In this document: positions 43,819 to 54,500 of the stretch, in pieces
Numbering within the stretch: the first letter of the stretch is position 1
Layout: each line of letters begins with the position of its first letter
Source: an uncultured Gammaproteobacteria bacterium
GTDB lineage: Bacteria > Patescibacteriota > Patescibacteriia > Magasanikbacterales > GWA2-37-8
Assembly (NCBI GenBank): GCA_964496095.1
Contig: CAZBWU010000006.1
Location: forward strand, 1-56,309
Length of the DNA stretch: 56,309 bases
Reading direction: 5' to 3'
The notes under the pieces: model-generated
Seen by the model: the letters and a program-made list of their open reading frames with translations, nothing else
Told to the model about the DNA's origin: nothing
The model's database searches: none
Position numbers and translations under genes: made by a program

Positions 43819-43928
43819 TCTTCGACTTTTGTGTAAAGTTAACATAACTGACAGAGATTCTCCCAAAGGGTTCCCGCTGGGGTTCGCTTTTTTTGAATGG
43901 CAATTTGTGGAATTGATATTTAAACAAT

Positions 43929-43944
43929 TGTTTCACGTGGAACA
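43929..43944. other. parS centromere-like site
   Basis: TGTTTCACGTGGAACA matches the canonical parS consensus; origin-proximal. Confidence 0.88.
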
Positions 43945-43945
43945 A

Positions 43946-44323
43946 TTACTTTGAATGGTACTTATAGACAAAATCCAGCCTTCTTTCAAAGAACTTATTT
44001 TTCCATTCATCAAACTGAAATTTCTTTTGTCCCCAGAATCTACCGTCGAAGGTTGGTACAAGCGTTGTTTGTATCACAGATCGTTTTCGGACTAGTAAAA
44101 GTAGGTAAGGTTTACCATTTTGTAAATATTGGTAGATTTTTTCTTTTAAACCTAGCTTAGACCGAATCATTTCTAGTAGGGGTAGTTCATCAGCCTCCAT
44201 TTTTATTTGAAAAACAGGAACCTCAGATTCTTTTTGTTTTACCCACATAAAGACCCCGCACTTGTTAACAAGGCCCGCCACGAAGTCTAAAGAGGGTAGT
44301 TGGTTCTCAGTCATAATTATCAT
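43946..44323 (-). CDS. Stand-alone single-motif LAGLIDADG-like protein, probably catalytically degenerate
   Basis: LDFVAGLVNKCGVF aligns with the LAGLIDADG helix (..LAGFIDGEGSF) but lacks the acidic residues; PVFQIKM..DELPLLEMIRSKLG. Confidence 0.6.
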   Translation of the reverse strand: MIIMTENQLPSLDFVAGLVNKCGVFMWVKQKESEVPVFQIKMEADELPLLEMIRSKLGLKEKIYQYLQNGKPYLLLLVRKRSVIQTTLVPTFDGRFWGQKKFQFDEWKNKFFERRLDFVYKYHSK

Positions 44324-44339
44324 TGTTTCACATGTAACA
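44324..44339. other. parS site (variant)
   Basis: TGTTTCACATGTAACA, directly abutting the start codon of the LAGLIDADG-like gene. Confidence 0.75.
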
Positions 44340-44415
44340 TTCTGTTGCTGTATGGAACATACTTATTATAATAGGATAAAATAGGGGTGTCAAGTGGGTG
44401 GGTATGCTCGTCTAT

Positions 44416-44515
44416 TGTCATTCTGAGCCCCCTAAAGGGGATAAATTCCACGAAGAATCTCTGTCCACGTAACAAACAAACCTGATAGGGATCCTTCACT
44501 GCATTCAGGATGACA
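44416..44515. repeat. TGTCAT...ATGACA palindromic element with a small nested palindrome
   Basis: TGTCATTCTGAGC[CCCCTAAAGGGGATAAATTC]..GAAGAATCTCTGTCC...GATAGGGATCCTTCACTGCATTCAGGATGACA. Confidence 0.8.
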
Positions 44516-44595
44516 GTTATACAACGAACAAGGGGTGATAATGGTGGTGTATCTAACTGAGAATTTGTGATATAATTTATTCGTTAATATTTTGT

Positions 44596-46893
44596 TTGTT
44601 TTCGCATATGTTTAATCAGAATCAAAAGCTGATCAAATTTTTTGATACGCTTTCTTATGTTTTTATTTTGTTAAATATAATTACGATTCCTTTATTGGTT
44701 GATACAAATGTTGTAAATATTTTTGTAATGCCGAAGCAGTATTTGTTTATTGGATTCCTGCTTTTTAATTTACTTTTCTTTACTATCAAAACTATTTTGG
44801 AAAAGAAAATTTTTTATCGTCAATCTATTTTGGATATTCCACTTTTGGTATTTTTGGCAATTGGGCTTGTTTCATCTTTATTTTCTTTAGCGCGTTATGA
44901 TAGTTTCTTGGGACGGAGCGAAACATTTGTTTTTAATTTCGTATTTTTATTTTTCTTAGTTGTATTTTATTTATTTTTAGTTAATTTTTTAAATACACCT
45001 GAGCGTTGGCGAGGAGTCTTAGATATGATTTTGATAGGCGGGGGGTTGGCTTCAGTTTTGTTTATCTTCAAAGTAGTTTTGAAAATAAATTTGCCGTTAG
45101 TTGGTCAAGCTTTAAATACTGTTGATAGTGCTAGTAGTGCTTTTGGTTTATGGATAATACCTGTGTTTATAATTTCGGCAGGATCACTTATTAAAAAGAA
45201 TCTTTCGTTTGTAAGACATATATTTTATCTTGTTACAATGATTGCGTCTTTCGGAAGTTTGCTTGTGATTGGGTTTGGATTTTTTTGGTGGGTGATGCTT
45301 GTCGGATTGATCTTGCTGTTACTTCTGGGAGTTAGTTTTTTACAGGATGCCAGATTGAGTTGGTTGTCGGCTTTGTTTGCGATTATGATAGTTTGTTCCG
45401 TGTTTATCGCTTTTGGCAGTCCCAAATCTTTACAAGCGACGTTGCCGGCAGAAGTGGCTCTTGATGCCGGATCTTCTTGGGGAATCACAAAAAAAGTTTT
45501 ATTTTCCGGGGTAAAAAACTTTTTGGTAGGTAGTGGCCTTGGTACTTTTGGAAATGATTTTTCCAAGTTTAGGAGCGCTGATTTTAATCTTCATCCGACT
45601 GCTTGGAATATGAGATTCTCTCAGCCCTTTAATTCATTTTTTGCTGTTTTGTCAGAGGGTGGAATTTTGCTTTTGTTAGGATTTGCCTTTATTTTATTGT
45701 TTGTTTTAGGGCACGTATTTACCACCTGGTTTAAGGCGCGAGGGGCTAGCTTTGGTATATCAGTGAGTCTTAATCTGAGTAAAAAAAATATTCGACTGGA
45801 TGTGTTTTTAGTTGTAGTAGCTTGGTTGGTGTTTACTATAGGCATGCTGACCAATTTTTATAGTGTATCGCTTTGGGTATTTTGGTGGTTGTTGCTGGGA
45901 ATAATAATTTCCGGAATGTCTCTTCTTGGTCATAATGTGGTGCAAGAAAAATATCTAACAATGGAAGATACGCCTCAGTATAATTTAACCTTTTCATTCA
46001 GTATGATTGTTTTGATGGCTGGGGTAATTATGGTAGGAATTTTAGGGGGAAGATTTTATGTGGCAGAAAAATTATATGCGCAAGCCATGCAGGAAACGGA
46101 CTCTGGAATTATCGAAACAAAATTACAAAACATTCTGTCATTACGAAATGGGTATGATTCGTATCACACTTCTATGGCCAGAGCCTATCTGGTAAGAGCC
46201 GGAGAATTGTCAAAAGAATCAAATCCAAATGTGCAGGCAGTTGGAGATTATCTGAGAAAGTCAGTGAATGAGGCTAGGGTAGCCACAGAAATTTCTCCAA
46301 ACTCAGTGGCAGTTTGGGAAAATTTGGCAACCATGTATGAGAACACTTCTGTTTTAGTATCCGATGCTGGTGATTGGGCAGTTAAATCTTTAAACAGCGC
46401 CATTGATCTTGAGCCAACCAACCCTATACTTATGTGGCGTTTAGGCAATGATTATTTATCGCAAAATAATTTTGTAAAATCAGCCGAATATTTTCAAAAA
46501 TCAATTGACTTGAAGAAAGATTATTTGGGTTCATATCTTGGTCTGGCCAATGCCTACGAGTCTGCCAAAGATTTTGACAAGGCAGTAGATGTTTATAAAA
46601 ATCTTTTGCAGTTAGGCGCAACAAATAACACGGAAATATTATTTAATGCGGGTAGAGTTTTGTATAATCGTAATCAAAAAGGTGATAAGGCGGACGCAGA
46701 AAAATTATGGTTAGAGGCAGTGCGATTACAACCAAATTATTCTAATGCTTTGTATAGTTTGGCCCTGCTTTATGAAAGTGAAAATCAAAAACAAAAAGCT
46801 TTGGAATATTATTACAAAGTAAAAGAGTTGAATCCCGGAAATAAGGATATAATTAATAAAATAAAATCCTTAGTTGCGGGTGAGACAAAATAA
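44596..46893 (+). CDS. Polytopic (O-antigen ligase/Wzy-like) membrane protein with C-terminal TPRs
   Basis: About 12 TM helices, GSGLGTF...FNSFF..LSEGG.L motif, multiple TPRs; ATG 44608 is a likely start. Confidence 0.75.
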   Translation: MFSHMFNQNQKLIKFFDTLSYVFILLNIITIPLLVDTNVVNIFVMPKQYLFIGFLLFNLLFFTIKTILEKKIFYRQSILDIPLLVFLAIGLVSSLFSLARYDSFLGRSETFVFNFVFLFFLVVFYLFLVNFLNTPERWRGVLDMILIGGGLASVLFIFKVVLKINLPLVGQALNTVDSASSAFGLWIIPVFIISAGSLIKKNLSFVRHIFYLVTMIASFGSLLVIGFGFFWWVMLVGLILLLLLGVSFLQDARLSWLSALFAIMIVCSVFIAFGSPKSLQATLPAEVALDAGSSWGITKKVLFSGVKNFLVGSGLGTFGNDFSKFRSADFNLHPTAWNMRFSQPFNSFFAVLSEGGILLLLGFAFILLFVLGHVFTTWFKARGASFGISVSLNLSKKNIRLDVFLVVVAWLVFTIGMLTNFYSVSLWVFWWLLLGIIISGMSLLGHNVVQEKYLTMEDTPQYNLTFSFSMIVLMAGVIMVGILGGRFYVAEKLYAQAMQETDSGIIETKLQNILSLRNGYDSYHTSMARAYLVRAGELSKESNPNVQAVGDYLRKSVNEARVATEISPNSVAVWENLATMYENTSVLVSDAGDWAVKSLNSAIDLEPTNPILMWRLGNDYLSQNNFVKSAEYFQKSIDLKKDYLGSYLGLANAYESAKDFDKAVDVYKNLLQLGATNNTEILFNAGRVLYNRNQKGDKADAEKLWLEAVRLQPNYSNALYSLALLYESENQKQKALEYYYKVKELNPGNKDIINKIKSLVAGETK

Positions 46894-46907
46894 TTTTTTA
46901 GTCAGCT

Positions 46908-47552
46908 ATGCGTAAGTTAAATTTTCTATTGATATTTTTTTTGGTAGGGACGTTGGTTTTTCCTCTGCGTTGTTTTGGTTTAATGTCTTCAACAAATTAT
47001 ACAATTTTCGCCGACAGTGTAGATTCGGGCGGTGGTTTAAGTACGGGCGCCACCTATAGCTTGCAGGATACCTTGGGTGAGTCGCCAGTAGATTCTTCAG
47101 TAAGTGGTAGTGGTAAGCCTTATACAATTCTTGCGGGGTATCAGTATATGGATTCTTATTATTTGTCGCTTTCGCTTAGTACGAGTACTATAGATTTAGG
47201 CACGCTGGATGTGGCTACGGTCGCCAGTTCATCCTTGGTTGCGACCGTAAGTACCGATATTATTGATGGCTATATTTTAAGTTTGAATAATCCTGGCTTT
47301 GGCAGGTTGCCTTTAACAGGCGTTGTGGACGGCTCGGTCACCGCTGGCCAAGAAGAATTTGGTATTGCAGTGCGGGGAACCGATGCTTTGTTTGCTGATG
47401 ATAGGGCTGAACTTAGTTTGAATCTAGCATCTTCAAGTACCCCAGTCACAGCATCAGAAACCGAGGTTATTTTTAAAGCCGCCATAAATAACGCAACTGT
47501 GGCCGGAGATCAATCGCGGTCTATGACTTTAGATGTAACAGCAACAATATAA
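46908..47552 (+). CDS. Secreted beta-rich hypothetical protein
   Basis: Signal peptide, SSTNYTIFADSVDSGG, C-terminal VTAGQEEFG. Confidence 0.7.
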   Translation: MRKLNFLLIFFLVGTLVFPLRCFGLMSSTNYTIFADSVDSGGGLSTGATYSLQDTLGESPVDSSVSGSGKPYTILAGYQYMDSYYLSLSLSTSTIDLGTLDVATVASSSLVATVSTDIIDGYILSLNNPGFGRLPLTGVVDGSVTAGQEEFGIAVRGTDALFADDRAELSLNLASSSTPVTASETEVIFKAAINNATVAGDQSRSMTLDVTATI

Positions 47553-47557
47553 ATTAT

Positions 47558-48409
47558 ATGAGTATTAGAAGTGTATTTTTAAGTAGTATAATTTTAGCTT
47601 TAATTTTTTTTATTCATCCAGTTAGAGCATTTGGCATTTCTCCATCAAAGATTCTATTAACGATTGATCCAAATACTAGTCAAACAGTTGTTTTAAAAAT
47701 AAATAATTCAGAGAGTAAAGACTTGGATTTTAAGCTAGGTGTTTTGGGGCTAAAGCAAGATGATAGTGGCAAGCCTGTGCTTGGCAGAGGTCTAACTGAT
47801 GCGGAAAATTGGGTTTATCCTGAAAATAAAACTATATCAATCAAAGCAGGTCAAGCTAAAATAGCGAATTTTATTCTTAATGTACCAGACAAAACTACTC
47901 CTGGATCATACTATGTGGGCTTGTTTGCCGAATCTGGGGGTGAAGTGGGCGCTAGAATTGTTTCTTTGCTTACTATTCAGGTAGCCGGGGTTGTAAACGA
48001 GTCCCTTTTAATAGAAAAATGGCTTCCAGTGAAAAATTCAGCTAGTAGTAGAGAGCGAAAATTTGAGGTAAATTTGAAAAATAATGGTGATGTAGAAGTG
48101 CAATTAAAGAGCGTTGTATCTGTTAGAAACTGGAAGGGCGAGGAAATTTTTGCAGAACCATTGATTTTGGGCAACAAATTGCTTGCCGGTTCGCGTAGGG
48201 TACTGTCCACGTCTGTTGTTTTGAAAGATAATATTAAATTACCAGGTTTGTATCAGTCGCAGATTAAAATTAATTTTGGTTTGTCCAATCAAATGACATC
48301 GGCGATAGCTTATTTCTGGTTTTTTCCACAGTGGAGCCAGGTATTTTTGATAATATTTGGAATTTTAATATTTGGTTTGGTTATTTTTTTTATAAAAAGA
48401 AAAAAATAG
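47558..48409 (+). CDS. Exported Ig-fold (DUF916-like) protein with C-terminal TM and basic tail
   Basis: GISPSKI.LTIDP, PGSYYVGLFA, N.G.V.V, C-terminal TM then KRKK. Confidence 0.65.
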   Translation: MSIRSVFLSSIILALIFFIHPVRAFGISPSKILLTIDPNTSQTVVLKINNSESKDLDFKLGVLGLKQDDSGKPVLGRGLTDAENWVYPENKTISIKAGQAKIANFILNVPDKTTPGSYYVGLFAESGGEVGARIVSLLTIQVAGVVNESLLIEKWLPVKNSASSRERKFEVNLKNNGDVEVQLKSVVSVRNWKGEEIFAEPLILGNKLLAGSRRVLSTSVVLKDNIKLPGLYQSQIKINFGLSNQMTSAIAYFWFFPQWSQVFLIIFGILIFGLVIFFIKRKK

Positions 48410-48554
48410 ACAAAATTATTTATTTTTTAACCACATTTTTTGTGGTTTTTTTGTTTTATTTTTTTATATGAACTTATCCACACGACAAAGTCATATTTAC
48501 CGTATTAAATAAGGCAAAAAAAGTGTATAATGTATATGTATTAAGGACGAATTT

Positions 48555-51500
48555 ATGGCTGAGGCAGGAGGAGAAAAACTCCGGAGGAAAGCCTTTGGAG
48601 AAAGAATGAAAAATATTCCCATTTTTGTGTTATTTGGGCTAGTTTTGTTTTTTGCAACAGTCGGTTTTTTTTCAAAAAAAGTTTTGGCAGCGACCGCTCC
48701 AAATATTATTACTTATCAGGGTAAGTTGTTAAGAGATGGCTTATTACAAGTTAATGCTGTGGATATAAAATTTCTTCTCTATGATGATTTAATTGGTGGA
48801 AGTATTTTATATACAGCTAGTGGAACCGTGGGAGTTCCAGAGGCATTAAGTATTACACCTTCGCAAGGATTGTTTAGTATTAATTTGGGTGACACTAATA
48901 CTAATCCAGTCAACCCTACTATTTTTCAAAATAATAATTCGGTATATCTTGAGGTGGTTGTAGCGGGAGAAGTTCTTAGTCCGCGAAAAAGAATTACAGC
49001 TGTACCATATGCCTTCAATGCAAAGTATTTAGATGGTGTTGGTATAAATACTGTTTCCAGTTCCAGCTATATCCCAGTTTCAGACGCTAGTGGCAATTTC
49101 ACTTTTAATAGCACAACTGTTACTACCTCTACAATTTCAAACCTTGTTGCTGGGTTTACAACCACTACCAATCTCTATGTTTCAGGGTTAGCGAATTTTG
49201 CCAATTCGACCACGATGCAGACAACAACTATTACAGGGGGTTTTTATCAGTCTGGTTTAGCTGATTGTAGTGGAGAGGGGCAAACTTTGAATTATGATTT
49301 AGCTTTAGGTAAGTTTACATGTTTAGCAGATGCGATCGGAGCTGGGGGTGGAGGAAGTGGTGCAGTCGGAACTTCAACAGCTAATTATTTTGCATTTTAT
49401 GATTCGGCTAATTCTGTTACTGGTACGCCACTAATGCAATTTACAAACGGCGCAATCTCCTTTACTACCAATACATCTTTTTCTTTAGTTTTTTCTACTA
49501 ATGGTTTGTTTGGCAGTGTTACGACTACAAATTTAAGTGTTTCTGGTGCCTTGTTTTTACCTGCCAATTCTATTACAGACGGCATGGTTATTAATGGTTT
49601 AACAATTGATGGTGGCACAATCAATAACACGCCAATCGGTGGTGCTAATCCTTCTACAGGTGTTTTTACAAATCTTACTTCAAGTATATTTTTTGCGACA
49701 GACACTTTGTTTGTCAGCGCTTCCACAACTAATTTGTATGTGTCAGGTAGTTTGAATTTGCCAAATAATTCTATTACTAACGCAATGGTAGCGGATAACA
49801 TTACAGCTTCAAATTATTTACTTTTAACTGGAGGGTCTCTTTCTGGCCAATTAATTTTTACTTCTGCCTCAGGAACCGCTATCACTTCCACCAATATTGT
49901 AAGCACAAACCTTAATGCGGTTAATGTTACCTCTACCAATTTATATGTTTCTGCCACCACATCTATTGCTACCACCAGTGTGCTTAGAACTTTAAATATA
50001 GGTGGTTCAATTGCAGCTGATTACTATTTTTCGAATGCAAATGCAAACGCTTTCTTTTCAGGAGATAGTGGGGGGATAGTATTTAATGGCGGTTATTTGT
50101 TCGCTGCCGGCGCTGGCACTGGTTTGTATGTTGCAAATGGCGCCGTGTTTAGAGGTGGTTTGAGTAATGATACAGGTGCAAGTCTAGTTATTAATGGTGG
50201 AACAAGCGGTAATACATTGATAAACAATACCCTAACTTTTAATAATGCCACTGGTACCTCAATTACTTCAACCAACATTTATAATAACGGCGGATTTTTT
50301 CAAACAGGTTTAGGAGACTGTGATCTTGACACCCAAACAGTTAATTATGATATTGCTACTGGCAAGTTTAGTTGTTTGGCAGATGCAACTGGTGCTGGTG
50401 GTGGAAGCGGTGTAGTAGGAACATCTACAGTTAATTATTTTGCGTTTTATGATTCCGCAAACGCAGTGACCGGCACCCCGCTAATGCAACTTGTTAATGG
50501 TGCTATTACTTTTACAACAAACACTTCATTTTTATCTGTTTCTTCTAGTAACGCTTTGTTTTATGATGTATCTACAACTAATTTTGCTGTGATTGGTAAT
50601 GCCAATTTTAGAACGACTACAATAAGTGGGCAACTAACATTTGAAACTGCAAGCGGAACAAGTATCACTTCTACAAATATCGTCGTAACAAATAAAGTTG
50701 GTATTGGTACATCTACTCCAACTCAAGCATTGTCCGTTGTTGGGAATATTTCTAATATTATTGACTCAAATACACTTATTACTGAAGTGGGTACGGTAGC
50801 AGTTGGTTCTGGCCCCAATTCAATTTTTGTCTCTGGTCGTTATGCTTACGCTACTAATCGATCTGCAGACAGTATTTCTGTAGTAGATATCTCTAACCCT
50901 TCCGCTCCAATACAAGTCGGTACTGTATCTGTAGAAAGCAACCCCTATTCAATATTTGTCTCTGGTCGTTATGCCTATGTGGCAAATAGAGGTTCTGGAA
51001 CAGTATCTGTAGTAGATATTTCTAATCCCTCTACTCCAGTACAAGTTAGTACAGTACCCGTGGAAAGTGGCCCGCAATCAATTTTTGTCTCCGGCAGGTA
51101 TGCGTATGTGGCTAACTCACTTAGTGATAGTATTTCTGTAATAGATATTTCCAATCCTTTAGTTCCAGAGCAAATCGCTACTACTTCGGCTGAGCTAACA
51201 CCAAAATCAATTTTTGTTTCCGGTCGGTATGCATATACTGCTAATTCTGGGGGAAGTATCTCTGTGATAGATATTTCTAATCCTTCAAATCCTGTTCAAA
51301 TCGCAACCACCACAGTTGGAGATATAGATCAGTCATTAGGGCCAAATTCAATCTTTGTTTCCGGCCGGTATGCTTATACTGTAAATTCTAATGACACTTT
51401 TTCAGTTATTGATATAGCAGATCCATCTGCGCCTCTAGAAGTTGCTACAACTACTGTGGGTGCTGGTACGCAATCGTTGTATGTCTCAGGTCGTTATGCG

Positions 51501-54500
51501 TATGTTGCCAATAATAGTGATAATAATATTTCAGTTGTAGATATTTCTAGACCGCTTTCTCCGACTCAGGTGGCCATCAGTGGTTTGGTTGCCGGCGGAC
51601 CTACTTCTATTTATGTATCTGGACGATATACATACACAACAAATCTTGATGATACTATTTCGGTTATAGATATTTCTGGTACGGAAGTTTCAAGTCTTAT
51701 CGCCGGATCGGCAGAAGTAGGTAATTTTCAGTCGAGAAATGATATTTTTGCCCAAGGAAATATTATGGCCGGAACTTCCCTTATAGTTGGTGCTGGCGGA
51801 ATTTATTCTCAAGGAGGTCTATCTGTATTTTCTTCTTCTACTGGGGTTACATCTTCTATATTTAATGTTGGATCAAGCGGGGCTTCTAGTACTTTACGTG
51901 TATTTGCTAACGGCACAATTGTATTAGCAACTACTACTATTAATGGATTATTAACATTTAATTCAGCTGTAGGCGTGAGCTTGACGTCTACAAATTTATA
52001 TATTGCTAGTTTAGCAAATTTTGCAGGCAGTTTGGTTTTTGCAAATGCTAGTGGCACAAGCATTACTTCTACCAATGCCTTTTTTCCAAATTTGCTATCC
52101 ACCTCCATCACATCCACTAATTTATTTGCAACTTCGTCTGTATTTGTAAATGCAACTATTTCAAACGCTACTTCAACCAACCTGTATATTTCCAGTCTTT
52201 CAAATTTTGCAGGTCTATTAACTTTTACCACAGCTTCTGGCACCTCCATCACCTCTACTAATGCATTCTTTACAAACTTATCTGCCACTAACTTTAATCC
52301 GTCTAACATTATTGCCACCTCCATCACCTCAACTAATCTCTTCGCCACCACCTCCGTCTTCAACACCACCACCATTAACAATAAATTAAGCATCGGCACA
52401 ACCACATTTAACAAAGCTCTTACGGTAGTTGGTAGTATCTCCAACGTCTTAGACGTTGGATCAGACATCTCTCTAGTCACTTCTTCAGGAGTTGGTGGTT
52501 CTATCTTACAGTCTATTTTTGTCTCTGGTCGTTATGCATATATGACCAATCAGACTGCTAAGACCCTGACTATCGTTGATATAACCAACCCTTCGCTCCC
52601 TGTTTTTGTTGGTACTAGCTCTCTTAGTATTGCAACTGGTGGTCCAGGAGAAGTAGTTGTCTCTGGTCGTTATGCGTATGTATCAAATCCAAGCAATAAT
52701 AGCTTGTCAGTAGTAGATGTTTCTAATCCAGCTAGCCCAAGAGAAATTGCTACCACCACAGTTTCAGGTGGCGGACCCGTTGCTGTCTCTGGCCGTTATG
52801 CATATTTGGTTAATGGTACAGTAAGTAGGCTTACTGTGGTTGATATATCTATCCCATCTTCTCCAAGACAAATCGCCACTCTCAACGGTTTAGGAAATAC
52901 CACCTCAGGTATATATATCTCTGGTAGGTATGCCTACGTATCAAATACAAACGGTAAAACTGTCGCCGTAATTGATATTTCTGATCCAAGCAACCCATCT
53001 CTAGTAGGATCTGGTTCAGTCAGTGGTATTGCCGCCGATATCTTTGTCTCCGGTAGGTACGCATATACTGCCAATAGCACCTCAAACACTATCTCTGTTG
53101 TAAATATCTCTAATCCCGCCTCCCCGGTAGAAGTTGGTACTACTACAATAGTGGGAAATCCAGTTGATATCTTTGTCTCAGGACGTTATGCTTTTACTGC
53201 CAACAGTACCTCCAACACAATTTCAGTCATTGACGTATCAGTTCCTTCTTCTCCAACTTTAATTAAAAATATCGCGGTAGGAACTAGTCCTAACTCAGTT
53301 TTTGTCTCTGGTCGTTATGCCTATATCACCAATGCTAATTCCGCCAACTTCTCCATTGTTGATATCTCTGGCACAGAAGTAACCAGTCTCATCGCTCATT
53401 CGGCCGAAGCCGGACAACTTCAAGTCAGAAATGATATATTTGCCCAAGGAAGTATAATGGCCGGCACATCTCTGTCTGTTGGAGCTGGTGGTATTTCCTC
53501 GCACGGAGGTTTGTCTGTATTTTCATCTTCAACCGGAATTACCACTACTATATTTAGTGTCGGATCAAAAAATTCTACTACCACCCTTAGAGTATTTGCC
53601 GATGGTACTGTTATATTAGGCACCACCACCATGAACGGTTTGTTTACTTTTGGTAATGCTACGGGGACTAGTATTACTTCGACGAATGCAAGATTTACAA
53701 CCTTGAATTTTACAAATGCCACTGGTACTAATATTACTTCTACAAACGCTTTCTTAAGCAGTTTAAATTTTACTAGCGCAAGTGGTACGATGATTACTTC
53801 TACTAATTTATTTGTGTCGAGTAAGATTGGAATAAATTCCTCTAGTCCTGACGCTTCTCTTACGATTCAAGGAGTTGGTGGAACAAATCCATTAAATATT
53901 GTTTCTTCAACTGGAGCGTCCATGTTTACTATCCTTCAAAACGGAAATATTGGTATTGGTACCAGCACTCCAGGTCAAAAATTGTCTGTAATCGGAAATA
54001 TTTCAAATATAATTGATTCGGGTACAACAATGTCTCAAGTTAGTGCAATTGCAATCGGTCAGCCAAATTCTGTTTTTGTATCAGGTCGTTATGCGTATGT
54101 GCCAGGATTTACCGCCAATAAACTTTCAATTGTTGATGTCTCAAATCCTTCTGTGCCGGCGATCGTGGGCAATATTGCTCTTAGTTTTGGCCCCGCTAAA
54201 GTTTTTGTATCAGGTCGTTATGCGTATCTTGTTGATGCGTTTACAGGTGTGTTGGCTGTAGTAGATATATCTAATCCTTCTGCGCCCGTGCTGGTGTCTA
54301 CAAAAACTTTAAGCAGTTATACATCTTCCATTTATGTTTCTGGTAAATATTTATATGCTGCGCAAGACAGCTCAGCCGATCAAGTAGAAGTTTTAGATAT
54401 TTCCAATCCTTTTTCAGTTGTTTCGGTTGCTACTACTTCAGTGGGGGACTCACCTTCTTCTATTTATGTTTCTGGTCGCTATGCATATGTTGCCAATAGC

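Noticed and set aside
43748-43945. ORF beginning MFHVKQ
   Set aside because: MFHVK is simply a translation of the parS palindrome
43946-44323. Active homing endonuclease in a group I intron or intein
   Set aside because: No interrupted host gene or intron core nearby, and the catalytic acidic residues are missing
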